Of a stretch of 64,000 nucleotides of DNA, positions 26,879 to 36,636 are shown in pieces. The notes under the pieces were generated by a model that was given only the letters and a program-made list of their open reading frames with translations, had not been told where the DNA came from and did no database searches. Position numbers and translations under genes: made by a program. The stretch comes from Spirochaetia bacterium. Lineage in GTDB: Bacteria > Spirochaetota > Spirochaetia > SZUA-6 > Bin103. The stretch's first letter is position 1. The number at the start of each line of letters is the position of its first letter. Location of the stretch: assembly GCA_965203055.1 (NCBI GenBank), contig OZ241863.1, positions 928,001 through 992,000 on the forward strand. Direction: 5' to 3'.

Positions 26879-29106
26879 GACGACTCCACGAGCCGATAAT
26901 AGCGACCGCCCTTGTCCTGCATCAGGTCCTGGTGGGTGCCGCGCTGCACCTCGCGCCCGTGTTCCAGGACCACGATCAAGTCACTGTCGCGGATGGTGCT
27001 CAGCCGATGGGCCACGATGATGCAGGTGCAACCCCGGCGCCGCAACGCGTCGTCGATGCGCACCTCGGTGATCGTGTCGAGCGACGAGGTAGCCTCGTCC
27101 AGGATCAGCACCGACGGGTTGTTGACCAGCGAGCGCGCGATCTCCAGCCGCTGCCGCTGGCCGCCGCTGAAGTTGCGCCCCTCCTCGTCGACCGGCGAGT
27201 CGTAGCCGAGCGGCCGGGAGATGATCTCTTCGTGGATGTACGCGTCTTGCGCGGCCGCCAGCAGGGTATGGTCCGGCACGTCCGGGATCCACATGGTCAG
27301 GTTGTCGCGGACCGTGTCCGCGAACAGGAAGATATGCTGGTCGACCAGAGACACGGAGCTGGTCAGCAGCTCGCGCGGGATTGCGCTGCGCGGGAGCCCG
27401 TCGATCAGGATCTCGCCGGACCACGGCTGATAGATGCCGGCCACCAGCGCCGACAGCGTCGACTTGCCGGAGCCGCTGGGGCCGACGATCGCCACCCGCT
27501 GGCCCGGCTCGATGGTCAGGCTGAAGTCCTTGAGCAGGGGCTCGCGGTTGCCCTGGTAGCCGAAGGTGACGTTGCGCAGCTCGATCCGCCCCTTCAGCCG
27601 CAGCCGCCCGGCCAAGGTCGAGACCCGGCCGCCGGAGGTGTCGGCAGCCGTCTCGTAGGTGCGGTCCTCGGGCGCGTCGAGCACGTCGTCCAGGCGCTGC
27701 AGATCCGCTTCCAGAATCTGAAACTGATCCGCGAACTGGATGAAGCGTCCGATCGGCAGCAGGAAGTTGGCCGCCGCCATGTAGAACGCCGTCAGCATGC
27801 CGACGGTCATGTCGCCGGCCATGACGCGCCAACCGCCGATGCCGAGCACGGCTGCGTTGCCGAGGACCAGGAACAACATCGGCAGGGCGGCGTTCACGTA
27901 GCCCAGCTCGGCGAACCGTTGCCGGGCGAGCAGCTCGCGCGCCTGATACCCGGTCCAGCGGGCGAAGAAGTGGTCCTCGGCGGCGGTCGCCTGCAGGGTG
28001 TCGATCTTGCCGACGCCGAACATGCCGATCCCGTAGAGCATGCCCTGCTCGCGTCGGAGGCGGCGGTTTTCGTCCACCCGGGCGCGCGCCAGCAGGCGCA
28101 TGGCGAGGGCGCTCGACGCGCCGATCGCCACCACCACCGCGCACAGCAGCGGGTCGTACACCAGCATGAGCGCGAGGAACGCCAGGCTGGTGACCAGCTC
28201 GAGGGCGATGCCGAGGAGGTGGCGCGTGGCGACGTTCGACACCGAGTCGAGAAGCTGGATGCGGGAGGTCAGGTCGCCGGCCAGGCGGTCCGCGAAGAAC
28301 CGCATCGGCAGCCGGAACATCCGGGTCATGAAGTGCGTGGCGTGATCGATGGAGAGGCGCACGGCGAGCAGCCGGAGGCAGCGCTCCCGGAGCCAGGTGA
28401 GGAGGTAGAGCAGGCCGGCGGCGCCGACGAGAGTGCCGGCCAGCACCGCGCCCCAGGACGGTTCGTGCCCGGGGAGCACGTAGTCGACGAACAGGCTCAC
28501 CAGGAACGGCAGCGCAAGGGAGGGCAGGGCCAGCAGCAGCCCGCAGCACATCGCGTACGCCATCGGTTTCTTGACGTCGCGCAGCCACGGCAGGATGCGG
28601 TACAGGAGGCCGGGGCGGGTGCCGCCGGGCTGGAACTCCGGCTCCGGCTCGAACGTCAGCGTGACCCCGGTGAACGCCTGGTCGAACTCCTCCGCGCTGA
28701 CCGAGCGGTGGCCGCTGGCCGGGTCGTTGATCAGGTAGCGGTCGCCGCGAAACCCTTCGAGGACCACGAAGTGGTGGAACTCCCAGAACAGGATCATCGG
28801 CAGCGGCGAGCCGCGCAGTTGGTGCGGCTGCTTGCGCCATCCCCTGGCCTTGAGACCGTAGCGGCGCGCCGCGCGGAAGATGTCGGCCGCCGAGCAGCCG
28901 TCGCGGCCGACCGAGCACGCGTCCCGCAGCTCCTCGATGGATACCCAGCGCCCGAAGTGCGACAGCACGATTCCCAGGCACGCGGCGCCGCACTCCGTCT
29001 CGGTGAGCTGCAGCAGCACGGAGGTGCGCACCCGCTGCCGCGCCGGGACCGCGCGCGTGGCCCTGATCCGTTTCAGCGCCTGATCGAGCGCAGCTTGAGA
29101 GCTCAT
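26875..29106 (-). CDS. NHLM bacteriocin-system ABC transporter, C39 peptidase/ATPase subunit
   Basis: QLTETECGAACL, HHFVV, NDPA catalytic residues; GPSGSGKST, FSGGQRQR. Confidence 0.92.
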   Translation of the reverse strand: MSSQAALDQALKRIRATRAVPARQRVRTSVLLQLTETECGAACLGIVLSHFGRWVSIEELRDACSVGRDGCSAADIFRAARRYGLKARGWRKQPHQLRGSPLPMILFWEFHHFVVLEGFRGDRYLINDPASGHRSVSAEEFDQAFTGVTLTFEPEPEFQPGGTRPGLLYRILPWLRDVKKPMAYAMCCGLLLALPSLALPFLVSLFVDYVLPGHEPSWGAVLAGTLVGAAGLLYLLTWLRERCLRLLAVRLSIDHATHFMTRMFRLPMRFFADRLAGDLTSRIQLLDSVSNVATRHLLGIALELVTSLAFLALMLVYDPLLCAVVVAIGASSALAMRLLARARVDENRRLRREQGMLYGIGMFGVGKIDTLQATAAEDHFFARWTGYQARELLARQRFAELGYVNAALPMLFLVLGNAAVLGIGGWRVMAGDMTVGMLTAFYMAAANFLLPIGRFIQFADQFQILEADLQRLDDVLDAPEDRTYETAADTSGGRVSTLAGRLRLKGRIELRNVTFGYQGNREPLLKDFSLTIEPGQRVAIVGPSGSGKSTLSALVAGIYQPWSGEILIDGLPRSAIPRELLTSSVSLVDQHIFLFADTVRDNLTMWIPDVPDHTLLAAAQDAYIHEEIISRPLGYDSPVDEEGRNFSGGQRQRLEIARSLVNNPSVLILDEATSSLDTITEVRIDDALRRRGCTCIIVAHRLSTIRDSDLIVVLEHGREVQRGTHQDLMQDKGGRYYRLVESS

Positions 29107-29110
29107 GGCG

Positions 29111-30013
29111 TCAACCGCTCCGGCCGAACAGCAGGGCCGCCGGCGACCGCCTGCCCAGCGCGATCCGCACCCGCCCGCCGGTGCCGTCGGCGAGCGGCGG
29201 GGCCGGCGGGTCGTCCAGCACCAGCCGCAGCAGGTACGCCGGGGCGGGCGGCGCCAGCCCCAGGTCGGCCAGCCACTCGGGGGCCGCGACCGGCCCCGGC
29301 GACACCGTCTCCACGCGCGCCGGCAGCGTGCCGGAACCGGGCTGCTCCGGCTGCGCCACCAGCACCTCCGCGGGCATGCCGTCCTCCAGCCGCTCGGCCT
29401 CCTGCGGCGACAGGAAGGCCAGCGCCTGCCAGGCGTCGGCGGACCTGCCGCGCACCTGCGCGACCGTCTCTCCGGCGCGCACCGGCTGGCCCGGAACCAG
29501 ACGGTGCGCCACCAGCGTGCCCGGGTGGGTGGCGGCGATCGTCTCTCCCGCGCGGACTTCGATCTCTCCCAGCTCGTCCCGCGCCGCCGCGACCAGTGCG
29601 TCGCGGAGCGCCGCGGCGGCGGCCTCGGCGGGCCGCGGCTCCTCCTCGACCACTCCTACGATGGTGCGCGTGATCCGCGCCTGGCGCTCCGCTTCCGGCA
29701 GGCGCACGCGGGCGATCGCCTGCCCCGCCTCCAGCGTGTCGCCGGCGTCGGCCAGTATCTCGATGACGGTACCGGTCACCGGGGACACGATGGCGTAGCG
29801 CTCGCCCGGCCGGACCAGCACCGCGTTGGCCGAGAGGTGGCGCTCCACGCTGCCGAACATCGCCCAGACGAGGAACACGAGCAGCGCCGCGCCGAGTCCG
29901 GCCAGCACCATCCACTCATGGGGCGCGGTGACCTGCAGCCGCCCGTCGAGCGGCTCCGGGCGCGACCGGCGGGCCACCGCCTCTTCCCTGAAAACCTTGC
30001 TATAGAATAACAA
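29111..30013 (-). CDS. NHLM bacteriocin-system secretion protein (HlyD-like)
   Basis: FREEA..RSRPEPLDGRLQVT, a single TM segment, SPVTGTV lipoyl-like motif; TTG start inferred. Confidence 0.85.
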   Translation of the reverse strand: MLFYSKVFREEAVARRSRPEPLDGRLQVTAPHEWMVLAGLGAALLVFLVWAMFGSVERHLSANAVLVRPGERYAIVSPVTGTVIEILADAGDTLEAGQAIARVRLPEAERQARITRTIVGVVEEEPRPAEAAAAALRDALVAAARDELGEIEVRAGETIAATHPGTLVAHRLVPGQPVRAGETVAQVRGRSADAWQALAFLSPQEAERLEDGMPAEVLVAQPEQPGSGTLPARVETVSPGPVAAPEWLADLGLAPPAPAYLLRLVLDDPPAPPLADGTGGRVRIALGRRSPAALLFGRSG

Positions 30014-30164
30014 CGAGCGTGCCCCCCGACTCCTTGATCTGGCTCCGACCACGCGCGGCAGCCGCCGGGCGGCTGCCGCGCGCCGGTATCGGCTACCGGC
30101 CTGGCAGGTTTATGGCGGCCGCAGTATAACCGCTTGCCGCATGCGTTTGTAGTAGTAGCGCTAC

Positions 30165-31691
30165 CTAATGGGTGGCGGGTTCCCAGATGCGGTTCCGGCG
30201 CGCCTCGAAGAAGCCCTGGTTGGTGGGCCGCAGCTTCCACAGCTCGACCTTGCGCAGCGTCAGCGGCGGCGTGGCGCGCGCCCGGCTCCCGAAGAGATAG
30301 GCGCGCAGCTCGGCGCCGCGGCTGGGGTACGGCATGAACGCGGTCAGCGCCGCCTGGCGGTCGTTGACGAACACCTCCACCAGGTACTTGTCGACGAAGA
30401 CGCGCAGCTCCAGGTCTTCGCCCGGAGGCAGCTCGGCCACCGCGAACGGCGCCTCGGTGCCGCCGACGCTGATGGTGCCCGACTCCGGCCGGATCAGAAT
30501 CGGCAGCCCCTCGTGGATGTCGCTGGAGAACAGCAGCAGGCCGAAGCGGCGGCGCTCGGCCTGGGCGCGGTCGACGGTGACCCGTATCTCCAACGCGTCG
30601 TGGTACATCTCGGCGAGCGTGGTGGCGGCGTAGGGGCGATCTCCCTTGGAGACGGTGTACGGCTGCACCGCCACGTCGCGCAACTCCACCGGATCGTAGC
30701 GCAACGACTCCAGCTCGCGCAGCGGCGCGATTCGCAGGCTGCCGTCGTCGTGCAGGCTCAGCTCGCGCGGCAGCGACTGCACCGTCTTCAGGTCGATCTC
30801 CTCGTCGGCGGTGGCCAGCCAGGCCCACATCACCCGCCGCCCGTCCGCGGTGAGCACGCTCTCCGGCGCGAAGAAGTCGCGGTAGGCCGGCGCGGTGATC
30901 GACTGGACGGCGCGCCGCCAGTTCATCCGCCCGTGAGTCTGCGGCACGAACTGTTCCGCCTGCGCGTCCCAGTCGCCGAGGTAGTAGCGGCAGCCGATCT
31001 GGTGGCTGATGCACAGCAGCATCCACTTGTCGCCGAGCGGGAACAGGTTGGCGCACGAGGTGTCCTCGCCCATGGCGACGGCGGGCAGCTCGTGCTTGAG
31101 GAGCGGCCCGACGTAGCGCCAGTTCACCAGGTCGGTGGACTTGACCAGCTCCAGGTTGTCGCCCGCGGAATAGGCGTAGTAGGCGTCGCCGACGCGGAAC
31201 AGGTCGGGGTCGCCGCTCAGGATCACCCGCTTGCCGGGAGGCACGCCGGCCGGAAGGATCGGGTAGGGCTTGCCCCAGCGGCTGAGCTGGTTGTCCTCGG
31301 CTACGGTGACGTAGGTGCGGCCCGGATCGGACAGGCCGGGATAGATCGCCGCCGGCTTGCCCTCCTTGGTGATGAAGCCGGTGCCGCTGAAGGTGCCGTG
31401 GCCGGTAAAGCTTGGCTGCAGCTTGGTGGTCTGCCACTTCCAGTGCAGCATGTCGGTGCTGGTCACGTGGATGAAGCAGAACGAATGCTTGCCGTCCCGG
31501 AGCCGCGCCGTGCCGCCCTGCCACGGGTGGCGCAGGATGTAGTGCAGGTGATAGACGCCGTCCAGGCAGTAGGCGAGGTTGGGGTCGCCGGGCTGGCTGT
31601 CCTCGCCGGGGTGCATCAGATGGAAGTTGAGGGCCAAGTCGTAGGTTACGGTGGTGGCGGCATCGAAGCCGGGTGATGGTGATGGTAGCAT
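30165..31691 (-). CDS. Glycoside hydrolase family 32-like protein
   Basis: DPN, YHLHY, FSGTG, FFAPES, DGRRVMWAW, SLPREL, LRVFVDKYLVEVFVN; start uncertain. Confidence 0.82.
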   Translation of the reverse strand: MLPSPSPGFDAATTVTYDLALNFHLMHPGEDSQPGDPNLAYCLDGVYHLHYILRHPWQGGTARLRDGKHSFCFIHVTSTDMLHWKWQTTKLQPSFTGHGTFSGTGFITKEGKPAAIYPGLSDPGRTYVTVAEDNQLSRWGKPYPILPAGVPPGKRVILSGDPDLFRVGDAYYAYSAGDNLELVKSTDLVNWRYVGPLLKHELPAVAMGEDTSCANLFPLGDKWMLLCISHQIGCRYYLGDWDAQAEQFVPQTHGRMNWRRAVQSITAPAYRDFFAPESVLTADGRRVMWAWLATADEEIDLKTVQSLPRELSLHDDGSLRIAPLRELESLRYDPVELRDVAVQPYTVSKGDRPYAATTLAEMYHDALEIRVTVDRAQAERRRFGLLLFSSDIHEGLPILIRPESGTISVGGTEAPFAVAELPPGEDLELRVFVDKYLVEVFVNDRQAALTAFMPYPSRGAELRAYLFGSRARATPPLTLRKVELWKLRPTNQGFFEARRNRIWEPATH

Positions 31692-31724
31692 GATTGACTG
31701 CGAATGTATCATATTGTCGTCATC

Positions 31725-32960
31725 ATGTACTTGAATCGGATTACCTCTCGACTGGGGCCGGCGCTGGCGGCGGCGCTGTTGATGGTTCCCGCGGCCGGGT
31801 TTGCGCGGGTCAGCGACGACACCATAACGCTGGGCGCCGCGGTGTCGCTGACCGGCAAGTACACCACCGCCGGCAACCACACCCGCAAGGGCTACGACCT
31901 TGCCGTCGATCTGATCAACCGGGCCGGCGGCGTGCGCGTCGCCGGCAAGGACTATCGGCTCGAAATCCTCTATTACGACGACGAGTCGACGCCCGCGCGC
32001 GGCGCCCAGTTGGCCGAGCGTCTGATCCGCCAGGATGGGGTGCGCTTCATGCTCGGCCCCTACAGTTCCGGCCTGACTCAGGCGATCGCACCGGTTACCG
32101 AGCGCTACCAGGTGCCGATGGTGGAGGGCAACGGCGCCTCCCGCGAGCTGTTCAACAAGGGGTACCGCTATCTGTTCGCGGTGCTGTCCACCTCCGAGCA
32201 GTACCTGCGGGACGTGCTGCGCCTGGCCGCCGCGCAGGCCGCCGCGCAGGGCCGGGAGCCGGCCTCGCTGAAGATCGCCATCGCCACCGAGAACGATCCG
32301 TTCTCCCAGGACGTGCGCGCCGGAATCGTCGACGACGCCGGAAGCCGCGGCATGCGGGTGGTGATCGACGACAAGCTGCCGCGCGACCTGAACGACATGA
32401 CCTCCACCCTGATCAAGGTCAAGGCGGTGCGGCCCGACGTGTTGATGGTGTCGGGCCACTCCAAGGGCGCCGCGCTGCTGGTACGGCAGGCGGAGAGCAT
32501 GCGGGTGAACGCCCCGATCATCGCGCTGACGCACTGCGAGTCGGCCGAGGTTACCGACCGGACGCGGTTCGGCAGCGCCGCCGAGGGGATGTTGTGCGCG
32601 ACCCAGTGGGCGCCGACCCTCGCCTACGAGGACGACCTGTTCGGCAGCGCCGCCGACTACGCCGCGCTGTTCGAGCAGGAGTACGGCTATACGCCGCCCT
32701 ACCAGGCCGCCGAGTCCTCCGCCTCGGTGATGGTGTGGGTGGACGCGCTGCAGCGCGCCGGTTCATTCGACGCCGAGGCGGTGCGCGCCGCGCTGGCGGC
32801 GACCGATCTGCAAACCTTCTACGGCCAGGTGCGGTTCGACGAGACCGGCAAGAACATCGCCAAGCCGATGGTGCTGCGCCAGATCCAGGACGGCGCCTAC
32901 CAGATCGTGGCGCCCGACCACCTGGCATCCCGTGAACTGGTGTACCCGCGGCGCGGCTGA
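31725..32960 (+). CDS. Branched-chain amino acid-type ABC substrate-binding protein
   Basis: Signal peptide; SLTGKY, YYDDES, LGPYSSG. Confidence 0.9.
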   Translation: MYLNRITSRLGPALAAALLMVPAAGFARVSDDTITLGAAVSLTGKYTTAGNHTRKGYDLAVDLINRAGGVRVAGKDYRLEILYYDDESTPARGAQLAERLIRQDGVRFMLGPYSSGLTQAIAPVTERYQVPMVEGNGASRELFNKGYRYLFAVLSTSEQYLRDVLRLAAAQAAAQGREPASLKIAIATENDPFSQDVRAGIVDDAGSRGMRVVIDDKLPRDLNDMTSTLIKVKAVRPDVLMVSGHSKGAALLVRQAESMRVNAPIIALTHCESAEVTDRTRFGSAAEGMLCATQWAPTLAYEDDLFGSAADYAALFEQEYGYTPPYQAAESSASVMVWVDALQRAGSFDAEAVRAALAATDLQTFYGQVRFDETGKNIAKPMVLRQIQDGAYQIVAPDHLASRELVYPRRG

Positions 32961-33001
32961 GCCGCTTCCCGGCGCGGCGCCGCAGGGACGACCGGACCGC
33001 G

Positions 33002-33901
33002 ATGGATAACCTGCTCCTTCTGTTCCAGTTCTGGCCGCTGTCCGCGCAGTTGCTGTTGGACGGATTGCTGGTGGGCGCGATCTTCGCGCTCGCCGCCTAC
33101 GGCATGGCGCTGGTATGGGGGGTGATGAACATCATCAACGTGGCGCAGGGCGAGCTGGTGATCCTGGGCGGCTTCGTCACCTGGCAGGTAGCGGCGCTCG
33201 GCCTCCACCCGTTGTTCGGCATTCCGCTGTCCGCCGCGGCGCTGTTCGTGGTCGGCTGGGCGCTGTACCGGGCGGTGGTGTTCCGCCTGGTGGACCGCGA
33301 CCTGTTCGTGTCGCTGCTGGCCACCTTCGGCCTGTCGATCCTGCTGCAGCAGTTGATGAATCAGGTATTCGGCGCCGACATCCGCAGCGCCAACGCCGAG
33401 ATCGGCGCGACCCTCCTGTGGGGCGGCAACGTGGTGCTGGACAACGTCAAGCTGGCGGCGTTCGCCGCGGCGCTGGCCGCCGGCGGGGCGATGATCCTGT
33501 TCCTGCGCCGCAGCCGCGTGGGGCGCGCGCTGCGGGCAACCGCGCAGAACGCGCGCGCCGCGCGCCTGGTCGGCGTGCAGACCGACCGCGTCTACGCGCT
33601 GGCGTATGCGTTGAACGCCGCGTTGTGCGGCGTCGCCGGGTCGCTGGTGGCGATGGTGTGGGTGGTGCATCCATTCATCGGCATCACCTACACGGTGCGC
33701 TCGTTCATGATCGCGGTGGTCGCGGGGCTGGGCAACGTGGCCGCGGTGGTGATCGCCGGGTCGGCCCTGGGGGTGGTGGAGAACTTCGCCGGCTTCATCC
33801 TCGGCGTGGAGTTTCAGACCGCGTTCGTGTTTTCGCTGCTGGTGGTGATCCTGCTGCTGCGCAGCTTGCTGCTCGCCCGCCGCCGCAAGGTGCTGGAGTG
33901 A
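33002..33901 (+). CDS. livH: Branched-chain amino acid ABC permease, LivH type
   Basis: GVMNIINVAQGE, GRALRATAQN motifs. Confidence 0.88.
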   Translation: MDNLLLLFQFWPLSAQLLLDGLLVGAIFALAAYGMALVWGVMNIINVAQGELVILGGFVTWQVAALGLHPLFGIPLSAAALFVVGWALYRAVVFRLVDRDLFVSLLATFGLSILLQQLMNQVFGADIRSANAEIGATLLWGGNVVLDNVKLAAFAAALAAGGAMILFLRRSRVGRALRATAQNARAARLVGVQTDRVYALAYALNAALCGVAGSLVAMVWVVHPFIGITYTVRSFMIAVVAGLGNVAAVVIAGSALGVVENFAGFILGVEFQTAFVFSLLVVILLLRSLLLARRRKVLE

Positions 33902-34947
33902 ATCCCCGGGCGCGGAAGTGGTGGGGGCCGCTGCTGGTGGCGGCGGCCGGTATTGCGGGGCCGTTCATTGCGCCGCAGTTCCAGTCGCAGATGGCGGTGC
34001 TGTGGGTGATGGTGATTCTGGCGCTGACCTGGGACGTCGCCGGCGGCCAGATGGGCTACAACTCGTTCGGCAACGTGGTGTTCTTCGGCGTCGGAATGTA
34101 CGCCTCCGCGGTGGTGCAGCGCGAGTTGGCCGGCGGCGCGGGGGAGGTGGCGAACTTGGCGCCGGCGGTCTACCTGGGCGGCCTGGGGCTGGGGCTGGCG
34201 TGCGCGCTGCTGGCGGCGGTGCCGCTGGCGGTGCTGCTGGGCGGCGGCATCCTGCGCCTGCGCGGCCATTACTTCGCGATCTGCACGCTGGGGCTGGGGG
34301 TGGCGGCGGGCGAAATCGCCAACGGCATCGACTTCCTGGGCGCCGGCTCGGGGCTGGTCACGCCGCTGCTGCCGGCCGCGCTGGGCGACCGCAACCGCTT
34401 CTTCTGCTTCTATTTTCTGGCGCTGGCGGGGGTCTGCTTCGGCGTGCTGCGGCTGCTGTACCGGCGCCGCTTCGGGCTGCTGCTCAACGCCATCCGCGAC
34501 CACGAGGACAAGGCGGAGGCGATGGGGCTGCCCACCACGCGCTGCAAGATCGTGGCGTGGGCCGTGGCCGCGGCGTTCCTGGCCCTGGCCGGCGGCGCCT
34601 ACGGCAACTTCGTCGGCTTCATCGATCCGCTCGACGTTGCCTTCTCCGGCGCCACCTTCGGCGTGTGGATGGTGCTGATGGCGATCATGGGCGGGCGCGG
34701 CACGTTGTGGGGGCCGGTGCTGGGGGCGATGGTGTTCCACGTCACGCAGGAGTTGTTCTGGACCTACCTGCTCGGCTGGCACCGCGTGGCGATGGGGCTG
34801 CTCATCGTGGTGATCGTGATGTTCCTGCCGGAGGGGTTCCTGGGCTGGTTCCGGGAGCGCCGCGCCGGCGCCGCGGCGGGCTCCCCGCCGGGCTCGCCCG
34901 CCGCTCCCGCCGCGCCGGCCGCGCCGGCCGGAGGAACCGGAGCGTGA
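33898..34947 (+). CDS. livM: Branched-chain amino acid ABC permease, LivM type
   Basis: GYNSFGN, LRLRGHYFAICTL, GGRGTLWGP; GTGA overlap with the upstream gene. Confidence 0.88.
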   Translation: MNPRARKWWGPLLVAAAGIAGPFIAPQFQSQMAVLWVMVILALTWDVAGGQMGYNSFGNVVFFGVGMYASAVVQRELAGGAGEVANLAPAVYLGGLGLGLACALLAAVPLAVLLGGGILRLRGHYFAICTLGLGVAAGEIANGIDFLGAGSGLVTPLLPAALGDRNRFFCFYFLALAGVCFGVLRLLYRRRFGLLLNAIRDHEDKAEAMGLPTTRCKIVAWAVAAAFLALAGGAYGNFVGFIDPLDVAFSGATFGVWMVLMAIMGGRGTLWGPVLGAMVFHVTQELFWTYLLGWHRVAMGLLIVVIVMFLPEGFLGWFRERRAGAAAGSPPGSPAAPAAPAAPAGGTGA

Positions 34948-35690
34948 AGCCGCTGCTCGAGGTCGACGGGGTCAGCAAGTCGTTTGGCGGAGTGCAGGCC
35001 AACCGTGACATCAGCATCAGCGTGGCGGACGGCGCCGTGCACGGGCTGATCGGTCCCAACGGTTCCGGCAAGACCACGTTGTTCAACAGCATTGCCGGCG
35101 CCCATCCGGTAGACCGGGGGAGGGTGACCTTCGCCGGCGTGCGCATCGAGCGGCTGCGGGTGGCGCGCATCTCGCGCCTCGGTCTGGTGCGTACCTTCCA
35201 GCAGACTCACGTGTACGGCGGCATCAGTTGCCTGCAGAACATGCAGATCAGCGCGCCCCACGGCAACGGCCGCGGCGGCACGCTGTTCGGGCGCGTGCCG
35301 GACGCGGTTACCGAGCGCGCCGCGGCGCTGCTGGAGTTCGTCGGCCTCTACGGGTTGCGCCGCGAACCCGCCGCCAGCCTGTCGTTCGGCCAGCAGAAGT
35401 TGCTGGAGTTCGCCATGGCGCTGATGTACGAGCCGAAGATGCTGCTGCTCGACGAGCCCACCGCGGGCATCAACCCGACCCTGATCAACGGCATGATCGA
35501 TCGCCTGCTGCGCGCCAACGCGGAGCTGGGAATCACGCTGCTGGTGATCGAACACAACATGCGGGTGATCATGAATCTGGCCACCCACATCTACTGTCTG
35601 GCGCACGGCCGGCTGCTGGCTGCCGGCACGCCGGAGCAGGTGCGCGCCGACCCGCGCGTCGTGGACGCGTATCTGGGGGGCGGCTCATGA
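34944..35690 (+). CDS. livG: Branched-chain amino acid ABC ATPase, LivG type
   Basis: GPNGSGKTT, RTFQ, LSFGQQK, DEPTAG, AYLG. Confidence 0.88.
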   Translation: MKPLLEVDGVSKSFGGVQANRDISISVADGAVHGLIGPNGSGKTTLFNSIAGAHPVDRGRVTFAGVRIERLRVARISRLGLVRTFQQTHVYGGISCLQNMQISAPHGNGRGGTLFGRVPDAVTERAAALLEFVGLYGLRREPAASLSFGQQKLLEFAMALMYEPKMLLLDEPTAGINPTLINGMIDRLLRANAELGITLLVIEHNMRVIMNLATHIYCLAHGRLLAAGTPEQVRADPRVVDAYLGGGS

Positions 35691-36553
35691 CGGAATCCAC
35701 GACCGGCGCCGGCACCTCCGGGTATGGCGGCGGCGAGCTGGGCGCCGCGGTGTCGGTGGAGCAGGTGGCCCGCGAGAGCGCGTCGCTGCTGGAGCTCAGC
35801 GTGCCGCGCGCAACGCTGGCCGCGCTCGCCGGCGGCGACGACTTCCTGCGCATCGACCGCCTGACCGCCGGCTACGGCCGCATGGAGATCCTGCACGGCA
35901 TCGACCTGCAGGTGGGGCGCGGGCAGTCGTTGTGCCTGATCGGTCCCAACGGCGCCGGCAAGTCCACCGTGCTGCACTCCATCTACGGGTTCACGACCAT
36001 CACCGGCGGGGCGATCCGCAAGCAGGGCAGCGACATCACCCGCCTGCGCCCCGCCGACAAGCTGAAGCAGGCCGGCATTGCCTACATCCTGCAGGACAAT
36101 TCGGTGTTTCCCGACATGACGGTCGAGGAGAACCTGCGGATGGGCGCCTACCTGATGCGCGACAAGGCCGCGGCGCGGCGCGCCGTAGCCGCGGTGTTCG
36201 ACCGCTATCCGCGCCTCGCCGCGCGCCGCGCGCAGCCGGCGCGGGTGCTGTCGGGCGGGGAGCGGCGGCTGCTGGAGATTTCGCGCGCGCTGGTGATGGA
36301 ACCCGACGTGCTGCTGGTGGACGAGCCGTCCATCGGCCTGGAGCCGCGCTACATCGACATGGTGTTCGAGATCCTCGTCGAGCTGCGCGACCGGGAGCGC
36401 AAGACGATCATCATGGTGGAGCAGAACGCCCGCAAGGGGCTGGAGTTCGCCGATCTCGGCTACGTGCTGGTGGCCGGCGAGCTGGCGCTGGCCGCGCGCG
36501 GCGCCGAGCTGCTGCAGGACCCGCGGGTGGGCCGGTTGTTTCTCGGCGGGTAG
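35687..36553 (+). CDS. livF: Branched-chain amino acid ABC ATPase, LivF type
   Basis: GPNGAGKST, LSGGERR, DEPSIGL, VEQN. Confidence 0.88.
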   Translation: MTESTTGAGTSGYGGGELGAAVSVEQVARESASLLELSVPRATLAALAGGDDFLRIDRLTAGYGRMEILHGIDLQVGRGQSLCLIGPNGAGKSTVLHSIYGFTTITGGAIRKQGSDITRLRPADKLKQAGIAYILQDNSVFPDMTVEENLRMGAYLMRDKAAARRAVAAVFDRYPRLAARRAQPARVLSGGERRLLEISRALVMEPDVLLVDEPSIGLEPRYIDMVFEILVELRDRERKTIIMVEQNARKGLEFADLGYVLVAGELALAARGAELLQDPRVGRLFLGG

Positions 36554-36636
36554 GCCGCGCAGGCGAATCGGCGGCGGCGCGGGCGGGCCGCCCCATGCAA
36601 CGCCGCGCCGCAAGCCCGCGGGCGGGCCGCCGCGGG

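Noticed and set aside
26932..29673. 913-aa plus-strand ORF and many similar long overlapping ORFs (e.g. 8368-10245, 35932-38280, 56354-58213)
   Set aside because: Antisense or alternate-frame shadows of well-supported genes in high-GC DNA, with no recognisable motifs.
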